In this document: positions 25,855-35,558 of the stretch, in pieces | Position numbering within the stretch: position 1 is the stretch's first letter | How the letters are laid out: the number at the start of each line of letters is the position of its first letter | Source of the DNA: a virus | Lineage: Duplodnaviria > Caudoviricetes | DNA length: 64,000 nt | Reading direction: 5' to 3' (one strand) | Virus record (IMG/VR): IMGVR_UViG_3300031414_000005 | Notes under the pieces: generated by a model | What the model saw: the letters and a program-made list of their open reading frames with translations, nothing else | Databases searched by the model: none | What the model was told of the DNA's origin: nothing | Position numbers and translations under genes: made by a program

Positions 25855-27078
25855 ATGTTAATCACAACAGGTGTCTCTTTGCTTTCGTCTTTGTCCACGC
25901 TCGCAGACGTGTTCAACCGAAACAAAGATAAGATCGACAATGTCGTCGGGGCAGGTCGCGATATCGCCGGCCGCACCTCAAGCGTACTAAATTCGCTGTC
26001 CGCCGGATCAGTGGAAGAAATCACCAAAGCCACACGCATCGAACCGATGGTGTTGATTGATGAAGTCATCGTCAATGACCCCATTGTTACTGATGTGCTG
26101 AAAGTCACCACCAGTCGTGAAGCCGCGTATTTTGCGCAAGCCCTCGCACTGCTGGGGAATGTATCGGGTATGTCCGTAATCGGTACCCTGGACCGTCTGA
26201 ACCCCAACCGGACAGGCTATGGCCTGAATGAGCTGGATGGTGCCCCTGAAGCGTCAGAGACATTCGGCCTGGAAGAGTTGTCAGCGGGTCTGATGACCAA
26301 CCGCGATGTGCGTTACACCGGTTATCTGAAAACCTCCTTCCGTGACGCAGAATACCGCGCCGGTCTGGAAGCGCAGCAGCAAGCAACCAAGAGCCCGGAC
26401 GGCATAGTATTCGGTAAGAACCAGATGACCGACATCTATGACGTGCCAAACCTGGCTGTGGGTAAACACTTCGAAGTGACCGTAACCAACAACGGTGACA
26501 GCCGAGTGATTCCAATGACTGTCCGTCTGCTGCCGGTGCAAACCGACAGTGAGTCGATTGTGCGTATCCTGGCCATGAGCCAGAGTCAGCAGACCATCAA
26601 AGAACGTTGGCACCTGTACAAAGCCGGTGAGCTGTCGTTCTCCCAGTTGTGGGATGCCACCGACCTGATTGAAAACCAGACGCGTACGTTGATCCGTGAC
26701 AAATCAGGCTTCTATAAAGAAGCACTGCGCCGCATGGAAAACAACCGCAAGAAAGGTTTTGTAACGGGCACCCCTTCTCTGAACACCATGGCCAACGTGA
26801 TTGTCATTCCTGACACCACTGCTCGCCGTGTTGAGCAGGAGATCGGTGGCACATTTGCCAACGCAGCAACCCGTAAGAAAATCTTTGATTCCTGTGCGGC
26901 TGCTATGATCGTTGTGATTGACAACGACTACGGCACCGTGACGTTCTACACCCGTGGTGATCGTCAGCCAGCCAACTACAGCTTCAATGCCCTGAAAGGT
27001 AAAGCCGGTAAGTCGAACGACGCTGACCTGATGGAAATCTTTAAAGCTCTGGCGGGCAGCCGTAGCAGCGCGTTTTAA
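25855..27078 (+). CDS. Head structural protein (gp89-like)
   Basis: 407 aa; AGGAG RBS; internal GLE sites; first gene of the head cluster. Confidence 0.7.
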   Translation: MLITTGVSLLSSLSTLADVFNRNKDKIDNVVGAGRDIAGRTSSVLNSLSAGSVEEITKATRIEPMVLIDEVIVNDPIVTDVLKVTTSREAAYFAQALALLGNVSGMSVIGTLDRLNPNRTGYGLNELDGAPEASETFGLEELSAGLMTNRDVRYTGYLKTSFRDAEYRAGLEAQQQATKSPDGIVFGKNQMTDIYDVPNLAVGKHFEVTVTNNGDSRVIPMTVRLLPVQTDSESIVRILAMSQSQQTIKERWHLYKAGELSFSQLWDATDLIENQTRTLIRDKSGFYKEALRRMENNRKKGFVTGTPSLNTMANVIVIPDTTARRVEQEIGGTFANAATRKKIFDSCAAAMIVVIDNDYGTVTFYTRGDRQPANYSFNALKGKAGKSNDADLMEIFKALAGSRSSAF

Positions 27079-27093
27079 TAAGGAACACTTCCC

Positions 27094-28011
27094 ATGAGCG
27101 GTATTTTAGATTACCTCAAAGGGTATGTCGGCAATGCGATCGAAAAGAACGCCTTGCTGGAAGACCTGGCGGAACTGGCGAAAGAAAACGCCCTGAACGA
27201 AGCCACCTATAACAACATGATTGCGACGGATGTGGACCTGCCCCGTAACAATTACTTTGTGAAGATGGTGGCAGCCCGTGCGAAGTCTTTTGCGCAACGC
27301 AACACTTACATTGGCATCAACTCTGACGACACCCTGGCAATCATTGTCAACGGCGTGGTGAGTGCGGACACCGTGATTCAGTGGTTACGTGATGAAATCG
27401 GCAAGAGCTTTAAGTCGCTGGATGCCGCAGAAGGCATGAGCTACCGTAAAGCGGTGTTACTGCAATATGTGGACGGCCTGCGCTTCTTTGAGCGTTACGC
27501 TTCGTCCCTGGGTCTGATCCTGACCATGATCGCGTCTGATAAAGACAGTGACCGGGTTAAACTGGAAAGCCTGGTGACCCAGGCAGAAGCCCGGTTCCTT
27601 GTGGACACCATGGATTTCTTCTTCCAGTTGCTGGGTCTGGTATCCCGTCCGCTGAGCAAGTTCCAGTCGATTGTGCGCGATGTACCGGATGTGGTCGTCG
27701 ATGACACGAATGACGCGGTGTTCTCAGCATCCGCCGCTGGCTTCACCCGTATTGATCCGTTGCAGATGAACTTTGCCCTGCATAACCTCAACCCGGGTTA
27801 TTACCACAAAATGCGCAAAGCCCGTAAATTGGTCGAGGCGTATGAAGCAGCGAAAGAAGCGGCAGTGGGTGTGGAGCTCCACCTGGAACGTCTGCGCAAC
27901 AAACGTTCAGGTACCGGTGATGCGTCTATCGACAAAGCCATCGATTACCATGAAGATCGCCTGATCACCCTGCGTAAGAAAATCGCAGACGTGGAGGAAC
28001 GGTATGCCTGA
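27094..28011 (+). CDS. Head/inner body protein (gp90-like)
   Basis: 305 aa, helical with a C-terminal coiled coil; AAGGA RBS; synteny. Confidence 0.7.
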   Translation: MSGILDYLKGYVGNAIEKNALLEDLAELAKENALNEATYNNMIATDVDLPRNNYFVKMVAARAKSFAQRNTYIGINSDDTLAIIVNGVVSADTVIQWLRDEIGKSFKSLDAAEGMSYRKAVLLQYVDGLRFFERYASSLGLILTMIASDKDSDRVKLESLVTQAEARFLVDTMDFFFQLLGLVSRPLSKFQSIVRDVPDVVVDDTNDAVFSASAAGFTRIDPLQMNFALHNLNPGYYHKMRKARKLVEAYEAAKEAAVGVELHLERLRNKRSGTGDASIDKAIDYHEDRLITLRKKIADVEERYA

Positions 28012-28549
28012 TAAGAAAGTCGCTGTCTTTGGCAGTGGCTTCCTGGGTTTTGTCAGTGAACACGAAGCAAACCGGATCCCGAGTGATCCGGCTGTGTCAC
28101 AGATTGTCCAGAAGCTGCACACCAAACCCGCTGCCCAGATGTTGTGGCCCAACCACCGCACGGTGCTGAAATCGGCCCTGCGTCTGATGTCCCCGATTAG
28201 CAACTGGGTGGAGATCAATGCCCATAACCAGATGCTGAATCGTCAGGCGTTGATGTTCATTCGTGACGTCCTGCTGGCGATGAACGGGAAAGACCGCTCG
28301 ATGTCGCTGTTCACCCGTGCTGAAATGTTCACTCCGGGGTTTAACGACCGCAACTCGTTCTTTGTCTCTGAAGAAGCGCGTGCGGCAATCTTTGAACCCG
28401 ACCTGCTCAAATCTATCCAGTTGACCGACGACGCAGAACTGTTGCGCACCTGGGTAGAGAAAGAAGGCATCGTCAAAGTGGCCGAAACATTATATGTTTT
28501 GTTTGGCCGCAGCGAAGACGTCAAACGTTTAAGTCCAATTATCGAATAG
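28004..28549 (+). CDS. Head-cluster protein
   Basis: 181 aa; GGAGG RBS; 8-nt overlap with the upstream gene. Confidence 0.7.
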   Translation: MPDKKVAVFGSGFLGFVSEHEANRIPSDPAVSQIVQKLHTKPAAQMLWPNHRTVLKSALRLMSPISNWVEINAHNQMLNRQALMFIRDVLLAMNGKDRSMSLFTRAEMFTPGFNDRNSFFVSEEARAAIFEPDLLKSIQLTDDAELLRTWVEKEGIVKVAETLYVLFGRSEDVKRLSPIIE

Positions 28550-28567
28550 TCTCACTCGGAGTGAATT

Positions 28568-30028
28568 ATGAGTTATCTAAATATTTGGGGTTCTGGCCTG
28601 GAAGACCTCGAACCGGTTGTTGATGACAACCCGGCTGAAGTCGTTGACCTGCCCGAAGCAGAAACCGACGTGCTGGTTGCAGCAGCAGAAGCGGACGATG
28701 CCGTGGCCGACCTGATCGACGCAGAGATTGTCTCTGACACTGCTGATGAAGCTGCGGCAACCAACTTCAGCGTCCTGTCTGCGAGTAATGACGTGGCAGC
28801 GGCCCTGGAAGAACTGCGTGACGTACCAATGACCCGTGCGGTGGCTCGTCATGCGGTGTACAACGCTGTGCGCCAGGCAACCCGTGGCATGTACGACGTC
28901 TCCGGTAAAATGGGTTCCATGGAATCGTTTGGTGACGAAGCCCCGTCTTCTGTCCTGATCGGTCATGGCCTGGAAGGTCTGGATGGTTTCATTAAGAAAC
29001 TGAAAGAGCGTCTGCAAGTCAATCTGAAGCAGAGCACCCTGAGCCTGTCCGAATTCCTGGAAGCATTCACTGTCTCCACGAAGTCGGTAAGCAAGCGTGC
29101 GCAAGCGGTACTGGATCTGGCGAAGACCGTGAGCCGTGAGCCGTCGACCTCGTCTATCCAACTGGAATTCAAACACGCAGTGAAAATGTCACTGGGTGGT
29201 CGTCTGGCAACCGGTATCCCAGGCGAGATCTCCAAGATCTCTAAACTGTCAAAAGTGGTGTTCCAGGATCACACCAAGCGTGTGAACGAATCGATCGATG
29301 ATGTGTCGGCTTACTTCGGTAAGTTCACCGGCATGGATTTCGATCAGGCCAACAAGCATTACGAAAAGTTGACCTCACTGGCACCGGTGCAGTTCATTGA
29401 GTGCAAAACCAAAGAGCAATCGAAGTCTGGCCCGACGGTCAACGTCAGCCGGTCTTACGAACTGCTGGGCGGTAAGTGCTTTGTGTCCGAAACCTACCTG
29501 CCGAAGTCAACCGGTAATGCGTGCCAGGATGCGTTTGATTACGCGACCGTGGCAGTACCGAACTCGCGCAACAGCATCCAGGATCTGTCTAACCGTGTCA
29601 ACACCAACATGGACCTGTCCATGAAGACGTTGAAGCCGGCCGAGATCATCCGTATCGCGGAAGAAGTCGTTTCGCTGATGAAGGAACTGGAAAACAACAC
29701 CATCAAGAAAACCATCTTTGCGGAACTCATGGAACGCCTGGATGTGAACGACGGTGGTTACGGCGTGAGCCAGGTACTGGTTAAAGGCACCGATGGCGGC
29801 GAAGACACCAAAGTGCCTGACGCGGAGTTTGCTCGCTTCCTCGGCAGCATCGAAGACGCCATGTACGGTTTCATCACCATGTACACCAACGCGTTGACCA
29901 GTCTGCCAAAAGACTACATCTCTTATGCCACCAGTGAAGCGAATGCCGCACTGGCTGTCTGTGAGCGTAGCCTGGCGTGTTACCCAGAACTCGTGGGTAG
30001 CAAGATCGGTGAGAACCAACCGGCTTAA
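28568..30028 (+). CDS. Inner-head paralog 1 (phiKZ gp93-97 / SPN3US gp53-54 type)
   Basis: 486 aa; acidic propeptide with GLE, SME and GLE sites. Confidence 0.75.
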   Translation: MSYLNIWGSGLEDLEPVVDDNPAEVVDLPEAETDVLVAAAEADDAVADLIDAEIVSDTADEAAATNFSVLSASNDVAAALEELRDVPMTRAVARHAVYNAVRQATRGMYDVSGKMGSMESFGDEAPSSVLIGHGLEGLDGFIKKLKERLQVNLKQSTLSLSEFLEAFTVSTKSVSKRAQAVLDLAKTVSREPSTSSIQLEFKHAVKMSLGGRLATGIPGEISKISKLSKVVFQDHTKRVNESIDDVSAYFGKFTGMDFDQANKHYEKLTSLAPVQFIECKTKEQSKSGPTVNVSRSYELLGGKCFVSETYLPKSTGNACQDAFDYATVAVPNSRNSIQDLSNRVNTNMDLSMKTLKPAEIIRIAEEVVSLMKELENNTIKKTIFAELMERLDVNDGGYGVSQVLVKGTDGGEDTKVPDAEFARFLGSIEDAMYGFITMYTNALTSLPKDYISYATSEANAALAVCERSLACYPELVGSKIGENQPA

Positions 30029-30036
30029 CACCCTCT

Positions 30037-30068
30037 GGGGAGTCCGCTGCGGCGGGCTCTCCTATTTT
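30037..30068 (+). terminator. Intrinsic terminator
   Basis: GGGGAGTCCGC-TGCG-GCGGGCTCTCC + TATTTT. Confidence 0.7.
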
Positions 30069-30101
30069 ATGCCCTTCTGCTAACCCTGTTGAGATAACCC
30101 C

Positions 30102-31352
30102 ATGCGGTCAATGAAAATGGACATGGTGGCGCTGGGGCTGGAAACCATAGACTTCGACCAACCGATCGACCTCGCCCAGTTACAACTGAATACGGCGCTG
30201 GCTACCGGCAATGAAGAACTCGGAGACACCCAGCTTCAGCTCCACAGCTTGCAACACCTGGCAAACCAACAAGCCAGTCAAATCCGTGATAACATCGAAG
30301 TGCTGCTTGTCATGGCAAAAGAGAACTACAGCTTTGGTCTGGAAGCACTGGATATCCCGCAAGACACGGTCAGCGGGGTGGAGTCTGCCCGGGCGATGGT
30401 GTTTGAGAAAGTCAAAGCCCTGTTCAAAAGTTTCAGAGCAACCCTGGTTAAGTTACGTGAAGCCCTGCGCAGTTTCTACATCGGCTTTCGTAATGTGTTC
30501 CGCACCCATCAGCGGATCTATGACAACGTGATGCGTAAGTACAACCGTAACACGTTCTGCCGTACCCTGGACCTCCCACACACCGTAGGTTCCATTTTCT
30601 CGCAAGATGACAGTGACTATGTCACGAATCTCGCCAGCCAGTCTATGGAGCGTTTAGAGGCCTATACGGTCACGTTGTTAAAAGCAGCAGACCAAACCCG
30701 TGACGACCTCTACAGTACCTTTGACAGTTTTGCCCGAGCAACCCGTTATGAACAACTCGCCCCGATCTACAAAAAGGTGGGTGAAATCCGCTTGCCGGTG
30801 ATTTCGGGTATGAAGGTGGTGGGTGATTACCGGGGTGGGAAACGGTATAAGGATGCCGCGGGGGTGGGTAACATGTTCGGGCTGGACATCACCCAGTACC
30901 TGAAACAGTTTACCACTGTGAAAGACCCTGAAGCGCAATTGGTCAGTGCGATCTTTGCATTGGAAGACAGCCGTATTGTGGTTGAGCAAGGTAACTGGAA
31001 CAACATCGCTGAACTCAACAATGCTAACTGTGCTGCCTGGTTGGGTGTTGCCACCAAACTCATGGCCTGGCATGACCGCTTCAATCCTGTCTATGAAGAG
31101 ATGGTTAAACAGGGCGTAGATGAGGAAGGGTTTGATTACTACATCAGTTACACCGACCAGACGTTGGAACGTATCTGGAACTCCCCGGTGAACATGTCTA
31201 ATCAGCAACTCACCCTCATTATGGATTACGTGAAGCAGTCCTCCTGGTACCTGGACAATGTCTACAGCAATGTCCTGTCACGCTGCGGTTGGGCCGCACA
31301 ACGCTTCCTGGGTCATCTCCTGACTTCCCTGGATAAAGGCCTGAAAGGTTGA
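30102..31352 (+). CDS. Inner-head paralog 2
   Basis: 416 aa; GLE x2 and GVE sites, then an amphipathic helix. Confidence 0.72.
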   Translation: MRSMKMDMVALGLETIDFDQPIDLAQLQLNTALATGNEELGDTQLQLHSLQHLANQQASQIRDNIEVLLVMAKENYSFGLEALDIPQDTVSGVESARAMVFEKVKALFKSFRATLVKLREALRSFYIGFRNVFRTHQRIYDNVMRKYNRNTFCRTLDLPHTVGSIFSQDDSDYVTNLASQSMERLEAYTVTLLKAADQTRDDLYSTFDSFARATRYEQLAPIYKKVGEIRLPVISGMKVVGDYRGGKRYKDAAGVGNMFGLDITQYLKQFTTVKDPEAQLVSAIFALEDSRIVVEQGNWNNIAELNNANCAAWLGVATKLMAWHDRFNPVYEEMVKQGVDEEGFDYYISYTDQTLERIWNSPVNMSNQQLTLIMDYVKQSSWYLDNVYSNVLSRCGWAAQRFLGHLLTSLDKGLKG

Positions 31353-31370
31353 TCCTGTATTCTATGTCCG

Positions 31371-31398
31371 AGCGGTGGGGGCAACCTCGCCGCTTTTT
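31371..31398 (+). terminator. Intrinsic terminator
   Basis: AGCGGTGGGG-GCAA-CCTCGCCGCT + TTTT. Confidence 0.7.
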
Positions 31399-31423
31399 CT
31401 GCTTTCTTGTGTAGGTATAAACC

Positions 31424-32830
31424 ATGAGTCAACAAGAACCTGAAGTCGCACCCGGACATGGCCTTGAGGGGATCATGTTTGAAATCCCTGTCGAGCTGCC
31501 CGATCCCACGGTGCTGACCGACGAGGAGAAAGCAGCGCTGTCCATCGCTTTACAGAAATCAGCAGAAACCATGGGGGTGCGTCAAACCTCTGATATCCTG
31601 CTGATGGCCAGCCACACCCCGAATGAAGCTATCCGTGAACTCAAACGGTTGGCCCAGGATAAAGTGTACGATGCCAAAGCGTTAACCCGCTATGAAGCCG
31701 GTGTGGAAGCCTTGGGGGAGATCTCCGAGCAACAACGCGCATTGGACTACCTGAGCGAAGTGGAATTCAAAGTGGTCCGGTTACGGGACAGCGTTGATCT
31801 GAATGCTCCGCCTACCGACGATGTATTAAAGGTGGTGCGGTTGGTTGTCCCTGACGGGGATGTGGAGTGTTATGCCACGTCACTTGAAGCCTTAGAGGGC
31901 GTCACGAACACCATCAAAGTGCTGGCTAAAACCTCGATTGAGAACATCGCCAAGTACAGCAGCAATTTGTACGACACTCTGCTGGATGCGTTGGGGGCAA
32001 ACGAAACCCGCCTGAAACGGTTGCAGGACCAGATCCGCAAAGCCACCTGGCCGGAAGATGATAAAGAGATCAGCTTCTCTGCCAAACAGCTGTCGACGTT
32101 AACCGTGGACGGTGACCCGGGTGGGATTGAATCAGACCTGAAATCGCTGCTTCAGACATTGCGCGGTGGGTTGGTCAAACACCAGGCCGATGTTCAGCGC
32201 TATGACGGCATTGCGTATAACTTCGTGCGTCAGGTGACCAATGCGACCACGGAAGATTCCTTTGCCCGCAGTCTGGCGAACATTGTACGAGTGCAATATC
32301 CTCATCCGCCAGGTTTTGCAACCAAACGTGAAGAAAGCCTGACGTATTACACCTCGCCGCAGTTGCCGGGTGGTCGGTCGATCTTGATGCAGCAAAAGAC
32401 CTGGAACGATCATGACCCGGATACCGTCAGTAATGCGGTCCGGTATTTCGAAACCGTGCACGATTCGGTGGATTACCGGATGGTGAACAAAACGTTGGAT
32501 GTTAGCGCGGCATCCGCCAAGTATTCCAAAAACGGGTTACTGGCACTCTGTGATGTGGCGTTGCAGTTGAATGCGTGTTACCGCGATCTGTCCAGCGGGT
32601 TACAGGCCTTCGGCAATGTTATGAAACGGTGGCAATCGCTGACCGACAGCGGATTGAAAAATCTGCAAAAACGTGAATGGCTGTCTGCGGGTGAGTTTAA
32701 CCGTGCGGATAAGTTGTTCGACCTGTACAGTCCCGAGGTGGCATTCTACACCCGGCTCGTTCCCCGTGTGACGGTGTATGTTGATAAGATTATAACGGAC
32801 GTCATTGCAGTGTGCAGTAAAGCCGTTTAA
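31424..32830 (+). CDS. Inner-head paralog 3
   Basis: 468 aa; GLE, GVE and SLE/ALE sites. Confidence 0.72.
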   Translation: MSQQEPEVAPGHGLEGIMFEIPVELPDPTVLTDEEKAALSIALQKSAETMGVRQTSDILLMASHTPNEAIRELKRLAQDKVYDAKALTRYEAGVEALGEISEQQRALDYLSEVEFKVVRLRDSVDLNAPPTDDVLKVVRLVVPDGDVECYATSLEALEGVTNTIKVLAKTSIENIAKYSSNLYDTLLDALGANETRLKRLQDQIRKATWPEDDKEISFSAKQLSTLTVDGDPGGIESDLKSLLQTLRGGLVKHQADVQRYDGIAYNFVRQVTNATTEDSFARSLANIVRVQYPHPPGFATKREESLTYYTSPQLPGGRSILMQQKTWNDHDPDTVSNAVRYFETVHDSVDYRMVNKTLDVSAASAKYSKNGLLALCDVALQLNACYRDLSSGLQAFGNVMKRWQSLTDSGLKNLQKREWLSAGEFNRADKLFDLYSPEVAFYTRLVPRVTVYVDKIITDVIAVCSKAV

Positions 32831-32833
32831 TTA

Positions 32834-32895
32834 TATGTACTTTTCCGTACACGAGTTTCTATAGACACTTGTAAAAGATCTTTTACATTCTGGAG
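32834..32895 (+). promoter_or_regulatory. Candidate late promoter (TATG) plus 18-bp palindrome before the RBS
   Basis: TATGTA at 32834; TGTAAAAGATCTTTTACA at 32870-32887; GGAG RBS. Confidence 0.45.
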
Positions 32896-32901
32896 TTAAC
32901 A

Positions 32902-34284
32902 ATGAATTTACAAACTGAACTGGCGATTGGTGCATTCGGCCTGGAAGACCTGGACGATGCTGTACCAGTAGTTGAAGCTGGTGCTGTCTCTGTTGCGGAA
33001 GTGCAAGACGTTGTTGCTTCTGCCCAGGTAGCTGAAGCCGCTTCCGAGCTGAAAGAAGTCGAGCAGGAAATCGCTACACAGACGCAGAGCCTGGATATCC
33101 TCGAAGATCGTCGCGAAGATCTGGAAGAGCAGGTTGCGGGTCTGGAAGATCTGCTGTCCAACGAAAAGTTCGATCGTCATGCTGTGCGCTTCGCCACACA
33201 GAACCTGGTGCGTACTCTGGGTCGTTACGGCGTGGACACTCAGCTGGGTCAGGGCGCGGGTACTGAAGACATCGCTGATGTTGAAACAGCCAAAATCGTG
33301 CTGGGCTCTGGCCTGGAAGCGGTTGGCGAAACCCTGAAGAAATGGGGCCAGCAGGCGTGGGAACTCGTGAAGAAAATCTTCGCAAGTATCGTGCAGTTCT
33401 TCACCTCACTGCGCAACACCACCAAAGGCATCCGTGCGAAAGCGGCGTCTGTGAAAGCGAAAGTTGAAGCGGGCGAGCTGAAAGACAAAATCAAGGTTGG
33501 CGGCTGGGGTAGCAAAATCACTGTTGGTGGTTCGATCCCTGCTGACGTGGCTAAAGCGTTCTCTGACAGCAAAGATCGCGTAATCAAAGCGATCGACAGC
33601 TTCCAGACTGAAGCGGCGAAGAACTTCTCTAACCTGTCTGCTGCGCTGAAAGCCCCTGTGTCTTCTGACACGGCTGCTGACGTTATCCTGGGTCACCTGC
33701 GTACACTGGAATACCCAGTACCACAGGGCGCAACTCAGGTCACCAAAGGCGCGAAAGCTGGCTTCAAACGCTATGCGATCACTGGCCTGCTGGGTGGCGT
33801 TGCCGTTGTTGTTGATGTTAAAGATGCACCGGCTGGTGCGGGCATGGACGCGATCAAAGGTCGTATCTCTGCATTCAACCAGTCTGGCGCTGGCGTGGTT
33901 AAGCTGAACGCGGCGAGCAACGTTCCAGCTGAAATCAACACACCAACCAAACAGCAGCTGCAAAACCTGATCACTTCGGTTGACAGTGCGATGACTGCGG
34001 TTGACAACATCACCGCTAAACTGAAACTCAACAACATCGAGTCTCAGCTGAAAGCGTCTCTGACCGGTACCGGTGCAGGCGAACCATCTGCGGATGCTAA
34101 AGCAGCATTCAACGCGATGAAGTCTCTGCCAGGTTCGATCGCTCGTTCCTTCTCTGTCCTGCCAGTGAAACTGTCTTCTGCTCTGATCGCGAACGCGCGT
34201 TCTGTGCTGGAGTATGCGAACGCTGCGGTAGGCGGTAAAGAAGCGGCTGAAGAAAAACCTGCTGGCGCTGCGGCGACTGCATAA
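32902..34284 (+). CDS. Inner-head paralog 4 (high-copy, strongly biased codons)
   Basis: 460 aa; GLE x3; KKWGQQAWELVKKIFASIVQFF helix; MCP-like codon usage. Confidence 0.78.
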   Translation: MNLQTELAIGAFGLEDLDDAVPVVEAGAVSVAEVQDVVASAQVAEAASELKEVEQEIATQTQSLDILEDRREDLEEQVAGLEDLLSNEKFDRHAVRFATQNLVRTLGRYGVDTQLGQGAGTEDIADVETAKIVLGSGLEAVGETLKKWGQQAWELVKKIFASIVQFFTSLRNTTKGIRAKAASVKAKVEAGELKDKIKVGGWGSKITVGGSIPADVAKAFSDSKDRVIKAIDSFQTEAAKNFSNLSAALKAPVSSDTAADVILGHLRTLEYPVPQGATQVTKGAKAGFKRYAITGLLGGVAVVVDVKDAPAGAGMDAIKGRISAFNQSGAGVVKLNAASNVPAEINTPTKQQLQNLITSVDSAMTAVDNITAKLKLNNIESQLKASLTGTGAGEPSADAKAAFNAMKSLPGSIARSFSVLPVKLSSALIANARSVLEYANAAVGGKEAAEEKPAGAAATA

Positions 34285-34299
34285 TCTTCCTGACCTTGG

Positions 34300-34323
34300 G
34301 GGTGGGCTCACGCCCACCCTTTT
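34300..34323 (+). terminator. Intrinsic terminator
   Basis: GGGTGGGC-TCAC-GCCCACCC + TTTT, followed by CAGGCA. Confidence 0.75.
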
Positions 34324-34349
34324 CAGGCATCGGAGTTTAAGGAGCCATT

Positions 34350-35546
34350 ATGGCCATTGATAATACCGTGGTTGGCGACGAGGCCGACCTGTGGCCCACC
34401 GAGGAAAAGGAAGATGAAGAGTTAAACAAGTTGGATGACCAGGCGTTCGTGGAACAGGAAGAAGAAACCAACCTGGCCACCTCAATGGAAGACCGCTTGT
34501 CCAAACTCATCACCATGCCTTGGCGCATGACTGCCCTCGAAGACCTGACCATGGACTTTGATGTTGCAGCCAAAGCTGAAGAAGACCGCAATCGCTCTGA
34601 AGAGTTCCGTCAATTAATGGAAGCTACCGCCGCGATCGTCCTGCCTGACAACAGCGTCAATATTGTTACCGACGTTGACCAGGGTACCGGGATGGAAGCC
34701 GTGGATGGATTGCGGGCAACCATTGCACAGAAAATGAAAGAGCTATGGCAGTGGTTGGTGAAAGTCCTCAAAAGCGTGAAAGAGTTCCTGTTCAACCGTA
34801 TCTCACGCACCCGCAAGCGTCTGGCGTATGTCAAGCTACTGTTGAAAGCCAATCGCGTGGGTGGGAAGACCGGGGTGATCACTTATCCTGCGTCTATCCT
34901 GCAACTGGCGAAGTCAACGAACCTGGCGACTAATCCTGCGTGGGTGGTGACCAACCTGAAAGACGGCCTGGCGTTCTTCAAAAGCGTGAAACTGGGTTAT
35001 GCCGAAATGGGTACCCAGCTTGCTGCGATTGGGACCACGGCTACCCGTGAGGGGATGTTGTCGTTGGTGGCAACCAGCACGGATAAGTTCCGTCAATTGG
35101 TGAGTGCCGATACCACCATTGTGAAGAACCGTTACCAGTCTCCATTGTTGCCGGGTAACAAGATCGTCGTGATTACCACCGGGAAAACCTTTGATGATTA
35201 CGACTTCCTGATTACCCATGCAGCGGTGCGGGTGCCAGCATCGATTACCCAGCGTCAGGTGAAAGTGGACCGGTCGTTGATTGACCAGGTGATCTCGGTG
35301 AGCGAAACCGTCATGAGTGACATTGAGAAAGACTTCCAGAACATGGAAAGCTTGACCAACGAATTCAAGAAGGCCATCGACACCCAGAAAAACAACCTGG
35401 ATGATCGCTCTCGCACCAACATGGATACCATGGCGTGCTTCTCCTGGTATGCCCGTATTCAGAAACGCACGGTCAACTCTTCTCTGCAATACCTGCTGCG
35501 CCTGACAGATGCCGGCCTGGACTTTGCAGCTGCTGCATTACGTTAA
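34350..35546 (+). CDS. Inner-head paralog 5
   Basis: 398 aa; acidic propeptide; SME, ALE and GME sites; ELWQWLVKVLKSVKEFLF helix. Confidence 0.75.
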   Translation: MAIDNTVVGDEADLWPTEEKEDEELNKLDDQAFVEQEEETNLATSMEDRLSKLITMPWRMTALEDLTMDFDVAAKAEEDRNRSEEFRQLMEATAAIVLPDNSVNIVTDVDQGTGMEAVDGLRATIAQKMKELWQWLVKVLKSVKEFLFNRISRTRKRLAYVKLLLKANRVGGKTGVITYPASILQLAKSTNLATNPAWVVTNLKDGLAFFKSVKLGYAEMGTQLAAIGTTATREGMLSLVATSTDKFRQLVSADTTIVKNRYQSPLLPGNKIVVITTGKTFDDYDFLITHAAVRVPASITQRQVKVDRSLIDQVISVSETVMSDIEKDFQNMESLTNEFKKAIDTQKNNLDDRSRTNMDTMACFSWYARIQKRTVNSSLQYLLRLTDAGLDFAAAALR

Positions 35547-35558
35547 GGTAGGTTAATT

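Noticed and set aside
33406-34317. 303-aa antisense ORF opposite inner-head paralog 4
   Set aside because: Same shadow effect in a highly biased gene; the product is R/F/S-rich nonsense
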